From Planctomycetota bacterium (GTDB lineage Bacteria; Planctomycetota; B15-G4; SIAN01), in NCBI GenBank assembly GCA_031409275.1, contig JANNXA010000010.1, positions 1,437 through 65,436 on the forward strand: a stretch of 64,000 nt of DNA, given 5' to 3'. Position numbers and translations under genes: made by a program. The first letter of the stretch is position 1. Every line of letters begins with the position of its first letter. The notes under the pieces were generated by a model. That model saw only the letters and a list, made by a program, of their open reading frames with translations. It searched no databases and was not told the origin of the DNA. This document shows, piece by piece, positions 56,584 to 64,000 of this stretch.

Positions 56584-58791
56584 CTACTCCTCGCGCAGCG
56601 CGATCCGGGCGCCGCGCGGAACCAAGATCGGCGCGTCGCTCGCGGGCTTGCCGAGCGCCACCCACTGCAGGACCCGGCGCAGCTGCGCCGGAATCTCGAC
56701 CCCGTCGATCGCTTCGACGGTGAAGCCGCGGCCGATCTCGATGGCGGCGCGCTCCTCGACGGCCGCGTGCAGCGTGATCGGCACGCCGACCGCGAAGGGC
56801 GGCACGTCGGCGACGCCCGCCAGGACGCCGCGCACGTCCCCCACGACGACCCAAAGCCAGCGGCCAGCGGCGATGGCGACGGGCTCGCGCGACTTTGCCC
56901 CTCGCAGCGCCACCAGCGCGCGCGACTCGGTGTCGAGCGCACCGCGCTCGTCGACGCGGAGCAAGAGCAACAGCGAATCCTCCGGCAGCGCCACGTGGTC
57001 CGACGCTCGATCGGTGGCGAACAGGAGGTCGCGAGCGTCACCCGCGGCGAGTTCGAACTCGACCATCGCCGTGGTGGCCGGGTCGACCCGCTTTCGCTGC
57101 TTCACGCCCGCCTCGCCGTCGCGCTGCTCGCTCCAGCCGACCTCGATCTCGGTCGGCACTTCGAGGCGCAGCCGCCGCTCGAAGGTGCCACCGTGCAGTG
57201 GCACGGTCGTCGCGAGCGGCGTCACCTCGTCCGGATCGCTGACGTCGAGGTGGAGGTAGCCGCCCGTTGGACAGCTGCGCACGCGCAGCACGACGTCACT
57301 TCCCGGTCGTAGCGCCAGCGCGATCGGCCCGACATCCTCCTCACCGACCTCGACGCGAGCGACCTTCGAGGCACGCAGCAAGTCGCGCTCGGCCCAGACC
57401 AGATAGTTGGAGCCGGGGGCCACTTCGAGCGACCAGCCGCCCTCGGCCGTCAGCTCGATGGCGAGGTCGCGCCGCTGCGGCCGCTCGTTCGCCACTGCCT
57501 TGGCCCAGAAGAGCTGCAACGTCCCCTCGCCGTTTGCGCCGGCTTCGAGCCATTCGCGCGGCACTGTCCCGAAGACTCGACGCGTCGATCGCTCGAGATC
57601 GATCCGGAGCGTCGCGCGCACGACATCCGCCGAATCCTCATCGAGCGCCAGCGTCCGCACTGGCTCCTTCAATGTCGCCATCCGAACACCGGAACCGAGC
57701 GCCGTCCCCGAATCGCGCGGAGCGCCACGAACGTCCATCGAACCGTCGCGGCGCACCTCCACGCGGCCGATCTCCGGCAGACCCGCCATCCGCGCCACGC
57801 CGTCGCGGCCCGAGCGGACGTAGCGGCCGTGATTGCGCCAGCTCTCACGGAAGAAGGTCCGCTCGACGATGACCGCGGTGTCCACGTGAAGCTCGACACC
57901 GGGAGCGATGCGACCGGTGCGCCGATCGAGGAGGGTGAGCTCCAGTCGGCGGCCGCTCGTCAGCGCCAGGTCGACCTCGGTGTCGTCGTCGTCGATGTCG
58001 AAGCGCCGCGGAACCGTCTCGTCGCTGGTCACCCACAATGTCCCCTCGCCGGTGGGACGCGGAGCGAGCCGATAGGTGGCGTCCAACGCGTGAATGCGAA
58101 CGCCCTCCTCTTCGAGCACGACGTTGTCCCAACCCGGCGTGAGGGTCAGACCGAGCGGCACGCGGGCGACGCCATCGACGGTGACACGACCGCGCAGCGC
58201 CGTGTCGGGCGACGACTCGCCGACGATGAGGCGCAGCGGGCGCCAACGATGCGGCTCGCCGCGGCGCGCGGTCGGCTCGCTTTCGCGATCGATGACCTTG
58301 CGCACGGACGTCGGCGAGAACGCCGCCACCGAGGCGCTGATCGTGACGAGGCGAGTCGTCGCCGGCAGTCGCAGCTCGGTCACGTCGCCATCGATCGCGA
58401 CATCGAACGCGCGCGAAGGCTCGAAATCGGCGATCTGCTCGTCGAATTCGCCGCTCGCGCCGGGAGGCGGGAACTCGCGCCAGGAACCGTGGATGCGGCC
58501 GCTGCGGCAGGGCTCGCCGCTCGCGTTCACGACTTCCACCGGGATCACCGTGCTGGTGGCGTCGCTCGCAACCGGAGGCGGTGCCGCGTCCGCTGGCAGG
58601 TCGGCGACCCGCGCGCCATCGATGGCACGCGCACTCTCGGTCGTTGCGCTGTCGACCGGCTGCGACTGCGGAGCGAGCGGCGCGCGAGGTCGCAACGACC
58701 GCTCGCTGCGTTGCCACTGCCAGGTCGCCGTCGCGCCCAGCGCGAGCACGACTCCGGCAACGATCGCCACGCTCTTCGTCTTCATCGCCAT
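56584..58791 (-). CDS. Large membrane-anchored hypothetical protein (beta-rich ectodomain)
   Basis: Conservative start MAMKTKSVAIVAGVVLALGATA (58791 or 58785) forms a signal anchor. The rest is protein-like and beta-rich with no recognised family. The same frame stays open up to 58929, into sigma region 4 sequence. Confidence 0.7.
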   Translation of the reverse strand: MAMKTKSVAIVAGVVLALGATATWQWQRSERSLRPRAPLAPQSQPVDSATTESARAIDGARVADLPADAAPPPVASDATSTVIPVEVVNASGEPCRSGRIHGSWREFPPPGASGEFDEQIADFEPSRAFDVAIDGDVTELRLPATTRLVTISASVAAFSPTSVRKVIDRESEPTARRGEPHRWRPLRLIVGESSPDTALRGRVTVDGVARVPLGLTLTPGWDNVVLEEEGVRIHALDATYRLAPRPTGEGTLWVTSDETVPRRFDIDDDDTEVDLALTSGRRLELTLLDRRTGRIAPGVELHVDTAVIVERTFFRESWRNHGRYVRSGRDGVARMAGLPEIGRVEVRRDGSMDVRGAPRDSGTALGSGVRMATLKEPVRTLALDEDSADVVRATLRIDLERSTRRVFGTVPREWLEAGANGEGTLQLFWAKAVANERPQRRDLAIELTAEGGWSLEVAPGSNYLVWAERDLLRASKVARVEVGEEDVGPIALALRPGSDVVLRVRSCPTGGYLHLDVSDPDEVTPLATTVPLHGGTFERRLRLEVPTEIEVGWSEQRDGEAGVKQRKRVDPATTAMVEFELAAGDARDLLFATDRASDHVALPEDSLLLLLRVDERGALDTESRALVALRGAKSREPVAIAAGRWLWVVVGDVRGVLAGVADVPPFAVGVPITLHAAVEERAAIEIGRGFTVEAIDGVEIPAQLRRVLQWVALGKPASDAPILVPRGARIALREE

Positions 58792-59192
58792 CGCAACGAC
58801 TCCCGGTCCGGCGAGGAGCACTCCCGCCCATTGACGCGTCGGCGCGCCGAACTCGCGATCGAGCTGCTGACGCAACTGCGTCAGCCCACGCTCAAGCCGC
58901 TTCCTCACCACGTCCTCGCTGCACTGCATGCGCGCCGCGACGTCGCGCGTCGGGAGTTCGTCGAAGTAACGGTAGAGAACCGTCGAGCGGTAGGCTCATC
59001 ACCGCGGCCACGACGCGCTGCTGGCGGGCGCTGCGCTCGACGATCTCGTGCGGCTCGTGTGACGTCGGCGACGGCAGCATCACGCACCAACGCCAGCGCC
59101 AGCCGCTGCACCCACGCGACGTGGCCGGCCAGCTCGACCGGGTCGAACGGCGAGGCGGGCGCAGGCAAAGCGGGTGGTGGCGGCGGCGGCAT
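58792..59192 (-). pseudogene. Decayed ECF sigma factor remnant (internal deletion plus two frameshifts)
   Basis: Frame 1 from ATG 59192: ...LAGHVAWVQRLALALVRDAAVADVT (region 2.1/2.2-like). Frame 2: HEPHEIVERSARQQRVVAAVMSLPLD. Frame 3: VLYRYFDELPTRDVAARMQCSEDVVRKRLERGLTQLRQQL (region 4.2). Regions 2.3/2.4 are absent. Confidence 0.55.
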
Positions 59193-59245
59193 GCGTGGGA
59201 ATGATGGAGCGCGACCGCGCCGCGTGACATCCCCCGGAGCCGTTC

Positions 59246-61429
59246 ATGGCCATTCCGCTCTTCGCGGCGCTGCTGGCACCGCTGTTCGCCGCCTTTTCCG
59301 CGCGCGCCGACGACTGGCTGGTCGCCACCGAGCCGCCCGCCCCAACGCAGGCCGGGATCAGCGGCGATGGGCGCTTCGCGACGCTGCGCAACGGGCTGAT
59401 CGAGAGGACCATCGCGATCGCGCCCGGGGTCGCGACGACGAGCCTGCGCTGGATCGGCGGCGAGGAGCGGGTGCGGGCCGTCGAACCGGAGGCGCTGCTG
59501 ACGATCGACGGCGTCGTCCATGCGATCGGCGGACTGACCGGCGCGCCCGATCGCGCCTTCCTGCTGCCGAAGTGGCTCGAGGACGGCACGTTGAAGGCGT
59601 CCGAGTCGGCTTTCCGCTTCGCGGGGGTGAAGTTCCGGCCCGCGCAACCGTGGCTCGACTGGAAGCGGGCGCGCCCGGGGTCGGATGCGCCGTGGCCGCC
59701 GGCGGGCCGGGAGCTCACTCTGCGCTTCGAGGGAAGCAGCGACGCCACGCACGGCCTCATCGTCGACGTCCACCACGCGATCTACGACGGGATTCCGGTA
59801 GCCGCAAAGTGGATCGAGATCGCGAACGGCAGCGAACGCGCGCGATCGATCGACGCCTGCGTCAGCGAGCGTCTCGCGCTGGTCGAGGGTGAGTCCTCGG
59901 TCGAGAAGCGGCCCGGCGCCGCTTGGGAGTTGCCGGCGATCGAGGTGCTCTCCGACTACTTCTTCGGCGGCAGCGATCGCGACAGCGCCGACAAGTTCTC
60001 CCGCTTCCTGCCCGATCCGGCCTACGCGACGCAGGTGAACTACCGGCTCGACACCCCCTGCCTGCTCGAGTGCGCGCCGCCGATCGGGCCGGGCGTCACG
60101 CTCGCGCCAGGCGCGACGTTCCGCTCGCCCTTCGCCTTCCTCGTGCTGCACGACGAGGGGAGCGGCGGCCCCAGCGGCGGCGGCGATCGCGAGCGGCGCG
60201 GCCTGACGCTGCGACGCGTCTGGCGGACGCTCGCGCCGTGGACGGGCGAGAACCCGCTGATGATGCACGTGCGCAACGCCGAGCGCGGCGCGTTTCGCCT
60301 CGCGGTCGACCAGTGCGCCGACGTCGGATTCGAGATGGCGATCGACACCTTCGGCAGCGGCCTCGACATGGAGAGCCGCGATCCCGCCTACGTCGCCGCC
60401 ATCCAGGAGGATGTCGCCTACGCCCACGCGAAGGGGATCGAGGTCGGCGCCTACTCGCTCTTCTCCAGCCGCTCGATCGGCCCCACCGTCGACGTGATCG
60501 ATCCGGCCACCGGCCAACCGGGTGGCGCGCAGTTTGGCAGCGCACCGTGCCTCGCCAGCGATTGGGGCGCGAGCTACCTCGCGCAACTGCGCTGGTTCAT
60601 CGAATCGACCGGCCTCGACCTGCTGGAGCACGACGGCCCCTATCCAGGCGATCGCTGCGCTTCGATCGTGCACTCCGGCCACCGCGGCCTCGCCGACTCG
60701 CAATGGGCGCAGTGGCGCGCGAGCGCCGACTTCTACGGCTGGTGCCGTGCGCGCGGCGTCTACCTGAACCAGCCCGACTGGCATTTCTTCGTCGGCGGCA
60801 GCAAGACGGCGATGGGCTACCGCGAAACCAACTGGTCGCTGCCGCGGGAACTTCAGCCGCTGCATGCGCGGCAGAACCTCTACGACGGAACGTGGGAGAA
60901 GACGCCGTCGATGGGCTGGAGCTTCGTGCCGCTCACCGAGTACCAGGGCGGCGGCGCGGCCGCGACGATCGAACCGCTCTCCGACCATCTCGCCAGCTAC
61001 GAGCAGCACCTCGCCAGCACGCTCGGTGCCGGAGTCCAGGCGTGCTGGCGCGGCCCGCGCCTCTACGACAGCGACGCGACGCGGGCACTGGTCACGCGCT
61101 GGGTCGCCTGGTTCAAGCAGCACCGCGCGATCCTCGAGTCCGACCTGATCCACGTGCGCCGTCCCGACGGCCGCGATGTCGACCTGCAGCTCCATGTGAA
61201 CCCGCGCCTCGAAGAGCGGGCGCTGGCGGTCTTCTTCAACCCGCTCGACGTGGCGGTCACGCGCGACCTCGTGCTGCCGCTCTACTACGCCGGACTTCGC
61301 AACGGAGCGCTCCTGATCGCGTCCGATGGTTCATCGCGCGCGATCGAACTCGATGCGCAGTCGCGTGCCACGGTGCAGATCAAGCTGCCGCCGAACGGGA
61401 TCGACTGGGTCGTGCTGAAGCGGAGCTAG
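59246..61429 (+). CDS. Secreted hypothetical protein, possibly a TIM-barrel glycoside-hydrolase-like enzyme (function tentative)
   Basis: Signal MAIPLFAALLAPLFAAFSARA. The 727-aa ORF has protein-like composition. The central part (CADVGFEMAIDTFGSG..., AHAKGIEVGAYSLF, LLEHDGPYPGD) is suggestive of an (alpha/beta)8 hydrolase. The antisense 767-aa ORF is junk. Confidence 0.7.
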   Translation: MAIPLFAALLAPLFAAFSARADDWLVATEPPAPTQAGISGDGRFATLRNGLIERTIAIAPGVATTSLRWIGGEERVRAVEPEALLTIDGVVHAIGGLTGAPDRAFLLPKWLEDGTLKASESAFRFAGVKFRPAQPWLDWKRARPGSDAPWPPAGRELTLRFEGSSDATHGLIVDVHHAIYDGIPVAAKWIEIANGSERARSIDACVSERLALVEGESSVEKRPGAAWELPAIEVLSDYFFGGSDRDSADKFSRFLPDPAYATQVNYRLDTPCLLECAPPIGPGVTLAPGATFRSPFAFLVLHDEGSGGPSGGGDRERRGLTLRRVWRTLAPWTGENPLMMHVRNAERGAFRLAVDQCADVGFEMAIDTFGSGLDMESRDPAYVAAIQEDVAYAHAKGIEVGAYSLFSSRSIGPTVDVIDPATGQPGGAQFGSAPCLASDWGASYLAQLRWFIESTGLDLLEHDGPYPGDRCASIVHSGHRGLADSQWAQWRASADFYGWCRARGVYLNQPDWHFFVGGSKTAMGYRETNWSLPRELQPLHARQNLYDGTWEKTPSMGWSFVPLTEYQGGGAAATIEPLSDHLASYEQHLASTLGAGVQACWRGPRLYDSDATRALVTRWVAWFKQHRAILESDLIHVRRPDGRDVDLQLHVNPRLEERALAVFFNPLDVAVTRDLVLPLYYAGLRNGALLIASDGSSRAIELDAQSRATVQIKLPPNGIDWVVLKRS

Positions 61430-61645
61430 TGAATCGAGCGGGTGGCGGCACGGTGCGATCCGGGACCCGGTTTCCGCGCGCTCTCCTTCCGTAGCCAACG
61501 GCCTCCGCCGTCATTTCGGCGACATTCATGGCATTCGACGGAGTTTTCTCCGATCGGAAGGGTCTTGGTGACGTTGGGGGTGTCGACCGCGACGGGCGCT
61601 GCTCTGCCGACCGTCGCATCGTGAGAAGGAACTTGGGGAGAGGTC

Positions 61646-62734
61646 ATGTCGCTGCTGCTCGCACTCGCTCTCGTCACGGCGGGATCACCCCGCGACCCCG
61701 CCAACGATCCACCCGGAACGCCGGTCGTGGCGGCGAAACGGGATACCACTGCAGCGGGCTTCTGGGCCGACTGGGCCTCCAGCCACAAGTACCAACTGAA
61801 GCAGCTCCCCGGCCGTGATCTGTTGGTGCTGCTGCCGAAGGAGCGCTCGAAGCCCGAGCGCTCCTTCGACCTGATCGAGCGGGCGTTGGCACGTGTCGAC
61901 GCGATCCTGCCGACGAGCGGCGCCACCGCTGCATCCGCGGCGAAGGCCGATGGCGCTCTCTGGGGCGCCAGCGACCGGCCGCTCGATACCGGCACGATGG
62001 TGGTCGGCCTCTTCCGCAAGCCGGCCGACTTCGCCGCGGCGCTCACCGAGCTCGGCGAAGCGTTCCCCTACATGGCGGCGTGGACCGAAACGGCGAAGAA
62101 TCAACCCGGCTGCATCCTCGAACGCCCGCTCTTCGGCGCCTGCGTCGAGAACGTTCCCGGGATGCAGGAGTGGAATCCCGACAACGAGCTGGTCCATCGT
62201 GCGGCGCAGCTGGCGACGATTCGCCGCGTTGGACGGCAGCCGGTCTGGGTCGGGCTCGGGATGGGCTGGAACGTCGAGTTCGACGTCTTGAAGAACATCT
62301 ACTGCTTCCCCTGGCGCGACAGCTTCGTCTGGGCCACCGAGCACGGCGGTTGGGAGAACGACCTGCGCCGCATCTGGAAGAAGCGCGGCGGCGAGTCGCT
62401 ACCGATCGCCGAGCTGGCCAAGGTGAAGCGCGGCGGTTTCGCCGTCGAAGAGGCGGCGCTCTGTTGGGGATTCGTCCGTTTTCTGGCGCAGCACCACGGC
62501 GCGAGCTTCCCCTCGCTCCTGCGCGAGTTCGATGCGCGCCGCGCCGTGCTCGGCCGTGTTCCGACCGGCGATGGCAGGAACTGGACGATGGCGGCCGACT
62601 TCGAGCTGCCCGAGCAGGAACAGGCCAGCGCCATCGCGCAGCTCATCACGCCCGATGCGTTGCAGCAAGCCGCCGACTGGTTCCGGCTCGGCCCGAACTG
62701 GAAGAAGCCGACGGTGGCGAAGGCCAGCCGGTAA
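61646..62734 (+). CDS. Secreted hypothetical protein
   Basis: ATG 61646 with GGGGAGAGG upstream and signal MSLLLALALVTAGS. Trp/Lys/Glu-containing, protein-like composition. No family assigned. Confidence 0.7.
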   Translation: MSLLLALALVTAGSPRDPANDPPGTPVVAAKRDTTAAGFWADWASSHKYQLKQLPGRDLLVLLPKERSKPERSFDLIERALARVDAILPTSGATAASAAKADGALWGASDRPLDTGTMVVGLFRKPADFAAALTELGEAFPYMAAWTETAKNQPGCILERPLFGACVENVPGMQEWNPDNELVHRAAQLATIRRVGRQPVWVGLGMGWNVEFDVLKNIYCFPWRDSFVWATEHGGWENDLRRIWKKRGGESLPIAELAKVKRGGFAVEEAALCWGFVRFLAQHHGASFPSLLREFDARRAVLGRVPTGDGRNWTMAADFELPEQEQASAIAQLITPDALQQAADWFRLGPNWKKPTVAKASR

Positions 62735-62761
62735 CGGACGCTTCGCCGCGCCTCAGCGCGT

Positions 62762-63262
62762 TCACCCCGCCGGTGCCGGCGGCACGAGCTCCTCCTCCTC
62801 GACCAGCACATCCCAGTGCGCGATCAGCAGCTCGAAGCGCCGCTTCTCCTCGGCCCGGTGCTTCTCGCGGTCGGGAAAGAGGCGCGCGATCACCGCCTCG
62901 GGATGGTGGTCGTCGTGCGCGGTGAGCGCGTCGCGCCAGGTGATCTGCAGGCGGAAGTCCCAGCGGCTCTCCTCGGAGGCGTGGTGGCGCGGCACATGCG
63001 CGACGTAGTCGAGGATCCGCCCTTGGCGCTGCATCTCCTCGATCTGCGGCAGGTAGTTGCGCTTGAACAGCTCGATGAACTCCGCTGCGAAGCCCCACTT
63101 CGCCTTGTAGTAGTACTCGATGACGAAGGGCTCGGCAGGCACCGCCACGGCCACCGGAGCGAGGTCCGCCGCCGCAACGGCGGGAGCGCGACATCCACTG
63201 GCCATGGCGAGCGGCAGCAGCAGCGATACGAGCGACCCGACACTTGAACGGTCCATCGGCAA
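62762..63262 (-). CDS. Hypothetical lipoprotein
   Basis: MPMDRSSVGSLVSLLLPLAMASGC lipobox. The mature part is rich in Tyr/Trp/Glu/His (EYYYKAKWGF...). Confidence 0.65.
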   Translation of the reverse strand: MPMDRSSVGSLVSLLLPLAMASGCRAPAVAAADLAPVAVAVPAEPFVIEYYYKAKWGFAAEFIELFKRNYLPQIEEMQRQGRILDYVAHVPRHHASEESRWDFRLQITWRDALTAHDDHHPEAVIARLFPDREKHRAEEKRRFELLIAHWDVLVEEEELVPPAPAG

Positions 63263-63307
63263 GCAACCCTCGAAAGAGGCGCGACGCCGAACCTGGCGCC
63301 GACGCGG

Positions 63308-63895
63308 TCAGGCAGGACGGTAGCCCTTCAGCACCGCTTTCAGGTCGGAGCGGAGCCACGACGGCAGATCGCCCTCCCCCTCGATCGCCCAGGTGATCAG
63401 CGACCCCTGGATCACCGCATAGAGCGTGCTCGCGAGCGCCGGGACGTCGCAGCGCTGCAGCTCGCCGGCCGCGACGGCGTCCCGCAGCAGCGAACGCAGG
63501 CCCGATTGGAACGTGCTCGCGCCGGCGCGGCCATGGGCGCGAAACTCGGGGTCGTCGAGGTCGGCGAGGAAGAAGGCCAGCGAGTGGGCGACCTCGTCGG
63601 TGGTCGCGCCGAGGACCGTCAGGCAATCGGCGAGTCCGAGCAACGCCTGGAGCGGCGAGGCGTACCGCTCGCGTGCCTGCGCGAACAGGAAGGCGTGACC
63701 GGACGCGGCGTCCGCGGCCGCGGCCAGCAGAAGCGCTCGCTTCGACCCGAAGCGTTGGACCAGCGCTGCCGCCGAGAGACCCGCGGCCTCGGCGACGTCG
63801 GCGAGCGTCAGCCGGCCCGGGCCGATCCGGGCGATCACGCGGAAGACGGCGGCGAGGATCTCCGGGTCGCTGGCAAGTCGGGGACGGGCGGCCAT
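63308..63895 (-). CDS. TetR/AcrR family transcriptional regulator
   Basis: N-terminal HTH LTLADVAEAAGLSAAALVQRFGSKRALL followed by an all-helical ligand domain. Confidence 0.9.
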   Translation of the reverse strand: MAARPRLASDPEILAAVFRVIARIGPGRLTLADVAEAAGLSAAALVQRFGSKRALLLAAAADAASGHAFLFAQARERYASPLQALLGLADCLTVLGATTDEVAHSLAFFLADLDDPEFRAHGRAGASTFQSGLRSLLRDAVAAGELQRCDVPALASTLYAVIQGSLITWAIEGEGDLPSWLRSDLKAVLKGYRPA

Positions 63896-63915
63896 GGCGA
63901 GATCCTAAACCGAAG

Positions 63916-63939
63916 TTCAGTAACCAATTGATTACTGAA
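63916..63939. promoter_or_regulatory. Near-perfect 24-bp palindrome, likely TetR operator
   Basis: TTCAGTAAcCAATTGaTTACTGAA has 11 of 12 positions symmetric. It is an AT-rich island 21 nt upstream of the tetR ATG. A half-site-like TTCATTTACTG follows at 63946-63956. Confidence 0.5.
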
Positions 63940-64000
63940 CGTGCGTTCATTTACTGTCCAGGCGATGGCGCTCCCATCGCGGGAGCCCCGCAAGAACCAA

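Noticed and set aside
51841-59245. A bona fide integrated genomic island at tRNA-Phe
   Set aside because: I see no integrase, recombinase or transposase, no duplicated tRNA 3' end, and no obvious compositional shift by eye. It is kept only as a weak hypothesis in the findings.
58892-61195. 767-aa minus-strand ORF
   Set aside because: It is antisense to the 727-aa secreted protein gene. Only its last ~30 codons coincide with one frame of the sigma remnant, and the rest is junk composition.
63965-64000. Start of a + strand CDS at the right edge (ATGGCGCTCCCATCGCGG...)
   Set aside because: Only 12 codons are visible, which is too short to support as a feature.

Overview
Very GC-rich, densely coding bacterial chromosomal segment with about 60 credible protein genes and 2 tRNAs. 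I saw no rRNA, CRISPR, transposase or integrase. Most of it is core metabolism and housekeeping: prfC, a PTPS/QueD+SDR pair, tRNA-Asp, a NatAB-like ABC exporter, glcDEF glycolate oxidase, rsmG, an APC permease, an SPFH protein, S41 and M28 peptidases, a Tat-signal amidase, uppS, panB, thiE, groES-groEL, rpsT, def, ribF and tRNA-Phe. These are interleaved with many secreted proteins and lipoproteins, FG-GAP/ASPIC, HEAT and TPR proteins, ECF sigma loci and a TPR Ser/Thr kinase. That repertoire looks Planctomycetota-like, but this is inference only. Long antisense ORFs are common and were treated as GC artefacts. Items worth a second look: (1) a putative group II intron 5' end at the left edge; (2) a divergent malate-synthase-A-like gene near the glcDEF operon; (3) an OM-barrel + FMN_bind-ApbE fusion + His-rich 4-TM protein cluster, a candidate envelope redox module; (4) a small protein built of four 24-aa MshEN-like motifs; (5) about 86-bp tandem repeats right after tRNA-Phe, followed by an SF1-helicase-like gene and a TPR Ser/Thr kinase; (6) a decayed ECF sigma remnant whose region 4 reads in frame into a large membrane-anchored protein, convergent with the kinase; (7) a frameshifted secreted-protein gene at a (CG)n tract; (8) a 32-codon Cys-rich lipoprotein-like ORF. 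All family assignments are by-eye motif recognition and no searches were run.
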